Origin: Aulosira sp. ZfuVER01
Lineage (GTDB): Bacteria > Cyanobacteriota > Cyanobacteriia > Cyanobacteriales > Nostocaceae
Direction: 5' to 3'
DNA: 64,000 nucleotides
Assembly: GCA_034530615.2 (NCBI GenBank)
Contig: JAVRCV020000033.1
Coordinates: 64,001 to 128,000, forward strand
Shown here: one piece after another, positions 30,221-38,953 of the stretch
Layout: every line of letters begins with the position of its first letter
How positions within the stretch are numbered: position 1 is the first letter of the stretch
Made by a program: the position numbers and the translations under genes
The notes under the pieces: model-generated
Seen by the model: the letters and a program-made list of their open reading frames with translations, nothing else
Told to the model about the DNA's origin: nothing
The model's database searches: none

Positions 30221-31603
30221 ATGAATAGCCCAGTTTATCAAACTGTGATTGTCGGCGGTGGTTTTACCGGATTATTTACAGCATTACACCTAGCTCACGA
30301 ACACTATCCTCGCTCTGTAATTTTGATTGATAAAAATGAGCGATTTTGTTTTAAGCCTTTACTGTATGAATATTTCGATGGCGAGATGGATAGTGTGCAA
30401 GTAGTACCACGATTTTCGGAATTACTTCGAGGTAGTGGTGTGATTTTTGTTCAGGATTCAGTGCAGTCAATAGACTTGCATCAACGGGAAGTCAAATTAG
30501 CTTCGGGAAACTCCTACAACTACAGTAACTTAGTCTTAGCTTTGGGAAGTGTTACTGGCTATCATCACATTGAAGGTGCTCAAGAAAATGCTTTTCCTTT
30601 CTGGACACAAGCAGATGCGATCGCACTTGACAAACATTTACGCGACTGTTTGCAAAAAGCCTTGCAAACTGAAGATCTAGAACAACGTCGGCAATTACTC
30701 ACAGTAGTTGTGGTTGGTGGTGGTGCTTCCGGTATCGAAATGGCAGCTACCTTGGCTGATTTTTTGCCACATTGGTATAGTGCTTTAGGCGGCAATCAAA
30801 GTGAAATTCGTGTAGTATTGCTCAATCACGGTACAGAAATTCTCGATGGCGATATTAACGATCCACTACGTCCGATCGCTGAACAGGAATTAAAAAAACG
30901 TATTGTTCCGATAGAAATCATTCTTGAAGCAGAAGCAACAGCCGTTCGCCCCACCGCAGTTGAATATAAGTCTGGCGATCGCGTTGAAACACTACCAACT
31001 TACACAACAATCTGGACAGCTGGCACTTCTACTAATCCATTGATTCAAGATTTACCCATTCCTTCAGAACATCGAGATCAACACGATCGCCTCCTCGTCA
31101 CTCCGACGATGCAACTACTCGACTTTCCTGAAGTCTTTGCAGGTGGTGATTGTGCAGCTGTACAAGATACTTCCTTACCACCTACAGCCCAAGTAGCGTA
31201 TCAACAAGGAGCTAATATTGCCACTAATTTGAAAGCGATCGCGCTCGGAGAAGAACCCGAACCGAAGACAGTTAATATCCGGGGAACCCTGTTGAAGTTG
31301 GGGGTAAATGATGCTGCTGCTAACTTGTTCAATGTTTTTGAAGTTGCAGGCGAACCGGCACACTTAATTCGTCAAGGCACTTATTTAACGCTATTACCAA
31401 CGCCAATTCATGACTTCAAAGCCACAACTGAATGGGTAAATGAAGAGATTTTTCACCATCACCTTGATTCTCAAGATGTAGGTAAAAAAGTGGTGCAAGC
31501 GGTGGAATTAGTTGGTGCAGGAATCGTTGGTGTTTTAGTTACGAGAAAATTATTAAAAATGTTGGGTGATGACGATAAAAAAGACGAAGTAATGGAGAGT
31601 TAA
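30221..31603 (+). CDS. type II NAD(P)H:quinone oxidoreductase (NDH-2 family)
   Basis: VIVGGGFTG, FKPLLYE, VVGGGASGIE, VFAGGD, PPTAQVAYQQG. Confidence 0.85.
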   Translation: MNSPVYQTVIVGGGFTGLFTALHLAHEHYPRSVILIDKNERFCFKPLLYEYFDGEMDSVQVVPRFSELLRGSGVIFVQDSVQSIDLHQREVKLASGNSYNYSNLVLALGSVTGYHHIEGAQENAFPFWTQADAIALDKHLRDCLQKALQTEDLEQRRQLLTVVVVGGGASGIEMAATLADFLPHWYSALGGNQSEIRVVLLNHGTEILDGDINDPLRPIAEQELKKRIVPIEIILEAEATAVRPTAVEYKSGDRVETLPTYTTIWTAGTSTNPLIQDLPIPSEHRDQHDRLLVTPTMQLLDFPEVFAGGDCAAVQDTSLPPTAQVAYQQGANIATNLKAIALGEEPEPKTVNIRGTLLKLGVNDAAANLFNVFEVAGEPAHLIRQGTYLTLLPTPIHDFKATTEWVNEEIFHHHLDSQDVGKKVVQAVELVGAGIVGVLVTRKLLKMLGDDDKKDEVMES

Positions 31604-31640
31604 GCTCAATACTCATAAAACATTAACAGTACAGAGGCTA

Positions 31641-32606
31641 TTGAATATGTCTAGCCAAACCGATGTACAGGTACAAAGAATTAGAGCTATTGGATTAACA
31701 GTGACAAACTGCGATCGCTCTTGGCAATTTTATACAAAAGCCCTTGGTTTTGAACTCGTTAGCGATATTACTGTTGAAAGAAAGGATTATAACGAACTGG
31801 AAGGTGTAAGGGGGGCAAAAATTCGCATTATCTCTTTGCGATTAAGAGATGAACTCATTGAATTGATGGAATATCTCAACATTCACTCTCAACCTATACC
31901 CAGCGATTCCCAAAGTAATGACCTGTGGTTTCAACATCTAGCGATTGTGGTGAGTGATATGGATCGCGCCTATTCGCATTTGCGTTCATTTCCAATTGAA
32001 CCAATTTCAGTTGCACCGCAGACAATACCGCCTGGTAATGAAGCATCTGGTGGTGTTCGCGCTTTCAAATTTAAAGACCCTGATGGTCATGATTTAGAGT
32101 TAATTTGGTTTCCACCCAATAAAGGACAAGATAAATGGCATCAAAACAGAGATAGCTTGTTTTTGGGAATAGATCATAGTGCGATCGCTATTTCTAACAC
32201 CGAGCAGAGTCTGCACTTTTACCGCGATCTTCTGGGAATGCAAATCGATAGCCGCAGTCTCAACTGGCGTGCAACCCAAGCGCGTATGGATAATTTACCA
32301 GGAGCAGAAGTTCAAATTACAGGACTGCGACCCGCTCAAGGTGGCGTAGGGATTGAGTTGTTAGACTATCTTGTACCCCCTAAAGGTCGTCCTATACCCA
32401 GTGATTGGAAAAGTTGCGATATTGCAACGGTGCAAGTCCAAATCATCGTTGACGACATCGAGCAGATTGTAGATAAGCTGCGTCAGCACCGAGTTCAGTT
32501 GGTTTCGCCCAAAATTGTGCAGTTTGCAGATAGCTCCCAGCCTTATCAGCAGGGTTGTTTAGTTAAAGATCCAGACGGACATAGCATATTGCTACTTGCC
32601 CAATAG
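31641..32606 (+). CDS. VOC/glyoxalase family protein (two domains)
   Basis: FY..LGF, WFQHLAIVVSD, FKDPDGHDLEL, GIDHSAI, KDPDGH. Confidence 0.85.
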   Translation: MNMSSQTDVQVQRIRAIGLTVTNCDRSWQFYTKALGFELVSDITVERKDYNELEGVRGAKIRIISLRLRDELIELMEYLNIHSQPIPSDSQSNDLWFQHLAIVVSDMDRAYSHLRSFPIEPISVAPQTIPPGNEASGGVRAFKFKDPDGHDLELIWFPPNKGQDKWHQNRDSLFLGIDHSAIAISNTEQSLHFYRDLLGMQIDSRSLNWRATQARMDNLPGAEVQITGLRPAQGGVGIELLDYLVPPKGRPIPSDWKSCDIATVQVQIIVDDIEQIVDKLRQHRVQLVSPKIVQFADSSQPYQQGCLVKDPDGHSILLLAQ

Positions 32607-32723
32607 TAAAACCAGTCTGAGGAGACAGTTATTTTGAGAGGATGCTCAAATTCTTTAGCTTGTTTTTGTATTTCATTGCCAATGCGATCGCAAACTATTT
32701 GCATAAATCAAATTTGCAAAATC

Positions 32724-33104
32724 TTATCCTATCAGGCTGTATGCCAGTCCAAACAGTACAATCAGAGTCACAATTACATAGAAAAAATCTCCTAATCTAA
32801 TAAAAGCTAACAAAGAAAAAGCGACTCGTAAAACTGGAGTCGCAATCAGTAGCAGTAGCCCTAGTTGAATCAGACCTCGGTTACGACCTGATAATATTGA
32901 TGCTTTTAATCCATCGGGAGTGCGAAACTCTGTCGGTTCCCCCCGAAAAAACTGGTAATTGGGAACCTCACCTCCGTGGCGAATTAAGTACAATATTCCA
33001 CCTAATAGAACCAAACTCGTGGCAAGTATCACCCCAATTCTTAAAAAGTTGCCGATAAACTGTTCAAAGCGCCGTTCGGATTTCGTCTGCTTCTTAAAAG
33101 TCAT
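32724..33104 (-). CDS. DUF1634 membrane protein
   Basis: LRIGV, IQLGLLLLIATPVLRV; follows a TauE gene as usual. Confidence 0.85.
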   Translation of the reverse strand: MTFKKQTKSERRFEQFIGNFLRIGVILATSLVLLGGILYLIRHGGEVPNYQFFRGEPTEFRTPDGLKASILSGRNRGLIQLGLLLLIATPVLRVAFSLLAFIRLGDFFYVIVTLIVLFGLAYSLIG

Positions 33105-33105
33105 T

Positions 33106-33942
33106 CTAAAGCCTCCCAGTTAGTCCTTTGTAGATCATTTCCAGGGCTAGCACCAGAATGACACCACTAAAAATATTTCGTAAAAGTGTGACTTTAGCTC
33201 CAATCAATAACCGCGCCCCTAACACAGCACCAAACAGAACTCCTAACATTACTGGCATTGTTAATCCGGGATCGATGTAACCTCGATTAAGGTAAATTCC
33301 AGCACTAGCCGCAGCCGTTACTCCAATCATGAAATTGCTAGTAGTTGTAGAAACTTTGAATGGGATATGCATAACTCGATCCATTGCCAGTACCTTGAGC
33401 GCGCCCGAGCCAATGCCCAGCAAGCCAGAAAGTACACCAGCAGTAAACATTAATCCAAACCCCAAAGGAACACCACGCACGTTGTAAGACTCTTCTCCCG
33501 CTTGAGTTGGATATGTACTATTGAGCTTCAAGCGCGTTGCTAGCGGATCTGGTGGTAAATTATCTATGTTTTCGGAACTTTGCTGACGAGATAAGTAGGC
33601 GCTATAAAGTAAAACAATTCCAAACACAACAGCAATTGTTCCTGTAGAAATCTTCGCTGCTACCATTGCTCCAGCTATTGCACCAAATGTTGTTGCCACT
33701 TCTAAGAACATCCCTAGCCGCAAATTAGTGTAGCCTTCCTTTACGTAAGCGGATGCTGCTCCACTAGATGTAGCAATTACAGATACTAAAGAAGCACCGA
33801 TAGCATAATGAATATCCACTCCACAAACTACAGATAAAAAAGGAACAATTACTACCCCGCCGCCTAAACCTGTCAAAGCTCCTAAAAACCCAGCAACTAA
33901 GGAGCCAAACCATACTAATAGCGAAAAATCTAGAATATTCAA
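33106..33942 (-). CDS. TauE/SafE (TSUP) family transporter
   Basis: GALTGLGGG, AIGASLVSVIATS, SGLLGIGSG, TSNFMIGVT. Confidence 0.9.
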   Translation of the reverse strand: MNILDFSLLVWFGSLVAGFLGALTGLGGGVVIVPFLSVVCGVDIHYAIGASLVSVIATSSGAASAYVKEGYTNLRLGMFLEVATTFGAIAGAMVAAKISTGTIAVVFGIVLLYSAYLSRQQSSENIDNLPPDPLATRLKLNSTYPTQAGEESYNVRGVPLGFGLMFTAGVLSGLLGIGSGALKVLAMDRVMHIPFKVSTTTSNFMIGVTAAASAGIYLNRGYIDPGLTMPVMLGVLFGAVLGARLLIGAKVTLLRNIFSGVILVLALEMIYKGLTGRL

Positions 33943-34396
33943 GGTTAATTCTCCATTATTGGGCTTTATACTTGAAACACAGATTATCTTGTTAGTTATG
34001 AGTTGAGCTTACTTTAGACTTGCTCATTAATCAAAGCAAACACTCTTTATTATCAGAATAATAACAATTTAATAATATTGCATATTTAGTTATTCTAAAA
34101 CTTCTGAGATTAAATCTATTATTTTACACATATTCTATGCCACTTTTTTCAATTTTATACAAGTCATTTAACTACTATAGTTTTATCAATTTACAGTAGT
34201 TCATTAAACAAGACTTCATGCCATAACCTGGTTATAACCCTGTGATAAACACCCTCTAACTTGTGTGTATTTTCTAAACATTTAATTATTAAGAACTGTC
34301 ATACTTTATTCATGAAAATGACAAGTGATTATCAAATACTTTTAATATTCTAGATAAAGTGAATGTTGTAGGCTTGTACAGTAAATCAAAAAAATT

Positions 34397-34777
34397 ATGG
34401 ATAACACTTTACTTTGCCTAATTTTAGGCTTGATAGCAGGAATAGTAAGTGGAATCACCGGAATTGGTGGGGGTATAATTATTTTACCCGCCTTAATTTT
34501 TGTATTTGGTTTTTCTCAACACCAAGCTCAGGGAACTACATTAGCTTTACTTGTTCCTCCTATTGATATCTTGGCTGCATGGACTTATTACAAACAAGGT
34601 TATGTAGACATTAAGATAGCAACATTGCTTTGTATAGGTTTTGTATTAGGTGGGTGGTTTGGAGCAAAAATAGGAACGGGATTATCTAATGTAATTTTGG
34701 CGAGGATTTTTGGAGTCTTATTACTGGTAAGTGCTATCAGAGTCATGTTTATAAATCCAGGCGATGCTAATTTATGA
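34397..34777 (+). CDS. half-size TauE/SafE family protein
   Basis: SGITGIGGGIIILP, QHQAQGTTL, YYKQGYVD. Confidence 0.85.
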   Translation: MDNTLLCLILGLIAGIVSGITGIGGGIIILPALIFVFGFSQHQAQGTTLALLVPPIDILAAWTYYKQGYVDIKIATLLCIGFVLGGWFGAKIGTGLSNVILARIFGVLLLVSAIRVMFINPGDANL

Positions 34778-34791
34778 TTTATTTCTTATAT

Positions 34792-36159
34792 TCAACAGCT
34801 TTCGCTATTATCTTGGGGAATCTTTACTGTGAAAATTGTTCCAATACCTACCTCACTTTTTACATAAATTTCTCCCTGATGTAGTTCAACACATTTTTTC
34901 ACCACAGCTAATCCTAGTCCAGTACCAACAATTTTGCCCACATTTTCTGCTCGATGAAAAGGCTCAAATAAATGTTTCTGAAATTCCTCCGGAATTCCTA
35001 GACCAAAATCTTTAACTTGGAAAATTATTGAGTTTGGTTCACCACTGAGAATTAACAATATATCTGCCTCTTCTGGCGAATATTTTATGGCATTAGAAAG
35101 CAAATTACTAAGAATTGAGTACAGCAAATTTTCATCTAAAGTTGCGTGAGTACAGTTATTTTGACTGATAAATTTAATTGGGTGTTGTGGTTGATTACAA
35201 AACTGAATATCTTCAATTAAGTTTAGACAAAATGCTTCCAAATCTATAATATCTGGATGAAATTCAAGTTTACCAGCTTCTGCCCTAGTTAGAGTCAGAA
35301 TATCTGTCAGCAATTGGTTCATTGATCTAGCTGAAGATTGAATCCGATATAGATTTTTGACTTTCTTTTCTTCTGTCCACTGCTGATTACTCTGAGCTAA
35401 CAATTGAGCCGAACCTAAAATAATACTTAAAGGTGTGCGAAATTCATGGGAAACCATCGAAAAAAAGCGCAGTTTCAGTTCGCTGAGTTCTTTTTCTTGA
35501 GCTAATGTCCGTTGCAAAGCTTCTGCTTGCTGGCGCTTAACCAATTGTTGATAAAGCAAGGCGTAAACAGCCAACAAAATAGCAAAACTCAGCACCGTAC
35601 CCAGGAATTCAATCAACATCCGGTTGTGAATATTTTCCTGAGAATGTTTAACCGAAATTTCTAATAACTCTTCTTCTCTCACTTGCAACTGAGCTAGAGT
35701 TTGCCGAATTTCACCACGAGTTTGGTTAATTTTCGTAGCTTGCAGAGCAACTGTTGATTTGCCTAATTGCTGAAGGTTAAGCGACTCTTGAGAAAATTCC
35801 ACTCTTTGAAAAATTAAGGCTTTTAGTTTTATGAGTTGCTGCTGTTGAGAGGGGTCATCAGCAAGTTGTTTTTGTAACTTTTTGACTTTGGCATTTAAGC
35901 TTTGTATTGCCTGATTGTAACGTTCTAATTCCGATCGCTCTCCAAATAGAATATAGCCTCTACGTCCTGCTTCGGCATCAGTCAAGGTAGCGAAGATATC
36001 AATCAGGCTTTTCATTGCCTCATGTGTGTGCTTCACTTTATTGCTACTTTCAATTAACTGAGTAGCATTTTGGTAAGAAATAAAACTAACTATACCCATT
36101 AATAAGAAAGATAAACCAAAACCAGAGGCAATCCATTTCTTTTCCAATGACCATTTCAT
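34792..36159 (-). CDS. CHASE3 sensor histidine kinase
   Basis: TM-CHASE3 (DAEAGRRGY)-TM; SHEFRTPL; NLLSNAIKYS, D.G.G, GTGLGL. Confidence 0.9.
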   Translation of the reverse strand: MKWSLEKKWIASGFGLSFLLMGIVSFISYQNATQLIESSNKVKHTHEAMKSLIDIFATLTDAEAGRRGYILFGERSELERYNQAIQSLNAKVKKLQKQLADDPSQQQQLIKLKALIFQRVEFSQESLNLQQLGKSTVALQATKINQTRGEIRQTLAQLQVREEELLEISVKHSQENIHNRMLIEFLGTVLSFAILLAVYALLYQQLVKRQQAEALQRTLAQEKELSELKLRFFSMVSHEFRTPLSIILGSAQLLAQSNQQWTEEKKVKNLYRIQSSARSMNQLLTDILTLTRAEAGKLEFHPDIIDLEAFCLNLIEDIQFCNQPQHPIKFISQNNCTHATLDENLLYSILSNLLSNAIKYSPEEADILLILSGEPNSIIFQVKDFGLGIPEEFQKHLFEPFHRAENVGKIVGTGLGLAVVKKCVELHQGEIYVKSEVGIGTIFTVKIPQDNSESC

Positions 36160-36175
36160 AAGACTACCTTTAAAT

Positions 36176-36203
36176 TCCCCGATTTTTACCCGATATTTAC
36201 CCC
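36176..36203 (+). promoter_or_regulatory. 11-bp-period direct repeat triplet A1
   Basis: TCCCCGATTTT TACCCGATATT TACCCC. Confidence 0.7.
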
Positions 36204-36595
36204 TTATCTCTACAAGTTATTGTTAAAATAATAATTGAATTAACCTCTTTTACACTATACATTCTTCAAACTATTTTAATTACTTAGTTTGAAGAATTTT
36301 AATTTTTATATATCTCAACTACAAAGCTTATTATACTATTCAGATTTGATTCATCAACTTACTGATTTGATGCGCTACGGCTAGTACAAGCACGCTAGGT
36401 AAGCGGTAAATGCGTTACTGCGTTAAGCGAACCTTGAAGTAAGTGACTGTCGTTAAGGTTAGCGAAGCAGTAGCAACTTTGTGGAATTCTCTTGTTCGCT
36501 CTTGGCGTTATTTGAGGATAGAGTAATACAGTTATAGAATATTACAGTTTGTAATGTTTTTTTAAATCCCGTGTCTTTAATAGCTATTCAAAAAT

Positions 36596-36628
36596 TACCC
36601 GATTTCTACCCGATTTCTACCCGATTTT
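36596..36628 (+). promoter_or_regulatory. 11-bp-period direct repeat triplet A2
   Basis: TACCCGATTTC TACCCGATTTC TACCCGATTTT. Confidence 0.75.
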
Positions 36629-36700
36629 TTGACATATAAGGTGTAAAGTTCAAAATAGAGAAAAACTCATAAGACGATTGATTTTTTTTGTTACACTTAT

Positions 36701-36925
36701 ATGTCTAATTTTTCAGTTAATATTGCTAACATTGTACTGACTAATGAACAGTATTATAAGCTCAAATTTTATGCAAACAGTCATCATGTATCGCTTCAAA
36801 AATCAATTATATTGCTTATTGATTCTCTGCCTAGACCTTCTAAAAATAGTAAAATTTTAAAAAATAGATATTCAATGTTATCTGCTAGAAACTTTCTGCA
36901 AAGGTTTGATAATATTCAAAATTAG
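36701..36925 (+). CDS. small ribbon-helix-helix-like protein, copy A
   Basis: 39/73 gapless identities with 42151-42372; IVLT.EQY.KL..YA....S....I.LL.D pattern. Confidence 0.7.
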   Translation: MSNFSVNIANIVLTNEQYYKLKFYANSHHVSLQKSIILLIDSLPRPSKNSKILKNRYSMLSARNFLQRFDNIQN

Positions 36926-36927
36926 CT

Positions 36928-38745
36928 ATGCATAAGTTTCCTAGGAGAACAAAATCTAAAATTTCTCATAATACTTTATTCAAAAAGCAGCAAAGTTTTA
37001 GACAATATATAAATAATAGGCTTGCTACTAATACCAAAAATCAAATATCTAACACTAGAAACAGATTATTTGTAGTTTGGTGCATATTAATGTTGGCTGG
37101 GTTAAGAATAGGTATTAATTTGTATCAATTGCAAATTGTGCAGGGAGCAAAGCTCACGAAGAAAGCTAGAGAACAGCAAATGGTAACTTTGCGGCCTTTT
37201 ACACCTCGACGAATGGTTGTAGATCGCAACGATCGTGTCTTAGCTCTTGACAGGATTGTGTATACTCTATACGCCCATCCTCAACTGTTTCAAAAAAAAC
37301 CAGAAGACGTAGCACAACACCTAGCTGTAATACTTAACAAAAATGCTGATGAATTAGTCAAAATATTTCAAGGAAAAAAAAGTGGCATTTTACTTGATGC
37401 TGCTGTGCCAGAAGAAATTGCGACTCAGATATTTGCATTGCATCTTGATGGCTTAGAACTAACTCAAAAATATTTGCGATTTTATCCAGAAGCAGATTTA
37501 ACCGCAGATGTAGTGGGTTACATCAATACAGAACGTCAAGGTCAAGCTGGTGTGGAATACAGCCAAGAAAATTTACTAGCGCGTTCTGCACAAACTGTAA
37601 GACTCAGGCGACAAGGAAACGGAGCATTGCTACCAGATGATGCACCAACAGGATTTCTCAATATTGATGACTTGCGATTACAACTAACAATTGATAGCCG
37701 CATTCAACGGATAGCGCGAGCTGCACTTAAACAGCAAGTAGAAAAGTTTAGGGCGAAACGCGGAGCCGTAATTGTGATGGATGCGTTGGATGGTTCGTTG
37801 CTCGCTTTAGTCTCTGTGCCCAGTTATAACCCTAATGAATATTCTAAAGCTGATATTTCGCTATTTAAAAATTGGACAATAGCAGATCTGTATGAACCAG
37901 GATCGACTTTCAAACCTTTAAATGTGGCGATCGCATTGGAGACTGGTGTAATTAAACCAGACGATATGTTTGACGATCCTGGTTTTATCAGAGTGGGCGA
38001 TCGCACCATTAAAAATGCCGAGCAAAACAGCGATCGCACGATCGATATTGCTCAAATTTTACAACACTCCAGCAATGTTGGCATGGTGAAAATTATGCAG
38101 CGATTGCCAACTTCAATCTATTACCAATGGCTACAACGCTTAGGGCTGGGGCAAACTATCCATACAGATTTGCCATTTGCGGTTAGTAGTCAGCTCAAAA
38201 GTCAAGAAAAATTTATGGCTTCACCCATTGAGAAGGCGACAGCTTCCTTTGGGCAAGGCTTTTCCCTCACAGCACTACAGCTAGTGCAATTGAACGGCGC
38301 TTTAGCTAACGGGGGCAAATTAGTGACACCTCATGTAATTAAAGGATTGATTGATAGCCAAGGACAGATGCATTATTCACCCACTCTCCCAACACCACGC
38401 CAAATTTTCTCACGCATGACAACTCAACAGGTAATTAAAATGATGGAAACTGTAGTAGAACAAGGAACTGGCAAAGCATCAAAGATTTCCGGTTATCGTA
38501 TAGCTGGTAAAACTGGTACAGCGCAAAAAGCCAATTCTAGTGGTGGTTATCAAAAAGGCGCTTATATCACCAGTTTCTTGGGTATATTGCCAGCAGAATC
38601 TCCTCATTATGTAGTTTTAGCACTGGTAGATGAAGCGCAAGGAGCAAATGCTTACGGTGGTACGGTTGCCGCACCAATTGTTAAATCTTTAATCAACGCA
38701 CTGATTCCCCTAGAGCAGATTCCGCCAAGCCAAGGAGCCAAATAA
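36928..38745 (+). CDS. ftsI: class B penicillin-binding protein (FtsI-like)
   Basis: TM, R..VDRN, G..GVE, LTID, YEPGSTFK (SxxK), SSN, GKTGTAQK. Confidence 0.85.
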   Translation: MHKFPRRTKSKISHNTLFKKQQSFRQYINNRLATNTKNQISNTRNRLFVVWCILMLAGLRIGINLYQLQIVQGAKLTKKAREQQMVTLRPFTPRRMVVDRNDRVLALDRIVYTLYAHPQLFQKKPEDVAQHLAVILNKNADELVKIFQGKKSGILLDAAVPEEIATQIFALHLDGLELTQKYLRFYPEADLTADVVGYINTERQGQAGVEYSQENLLARSAQTVRLRRQGNGALLPDDAPTGFLNIDDLRLQLTIDSRIQRIARAALKQQVEKFRAKRGAVIVMDALDGSLLALVSVPSYNPNEYSKADISLFKNWTIADLYEPGSTFKPLNVAIALETGVIKPDDMFDDPGFIRVGDRTIKNAEQNSDRTIDIAQILQHSSNVGMVKIMQRLPTSIYYQWLQRLGLGQTIHTDLPFAVSSQLKSQEKFMASPIEKATASFGQGFSLTALQLVQLNGALANGGKLVTPHVIKGLIDSQGQMHYSPTLPTPRQIFSRMTTQQVIKMMETVVEQGTGKASKISGYRIAGKTGTAQKANSSGGYQKGAYITSFLGILPAESPHYVVLALVDEAQGANAYGGTVAAPIVKSLINALIPLEQIPPSQGAK

Positions 38746-38953
38746 ATATCTGACATTAGGAATATTGCTTTGGCGATCGCTCTTAATTTACCCTAAAACT
38801 TAGGGTGCTAAATTATTTTGTAACGCAACTACCAACAATAGGGAAATTAGAATTTTTCAGAACTAATTCCTGAATTCAATTATTTATAAATCAACTTGGT
38901 ATTCTCCAAGATTTTATTTGAGTTAAACTTACAAGTGAGGAAGTGAAATTACC

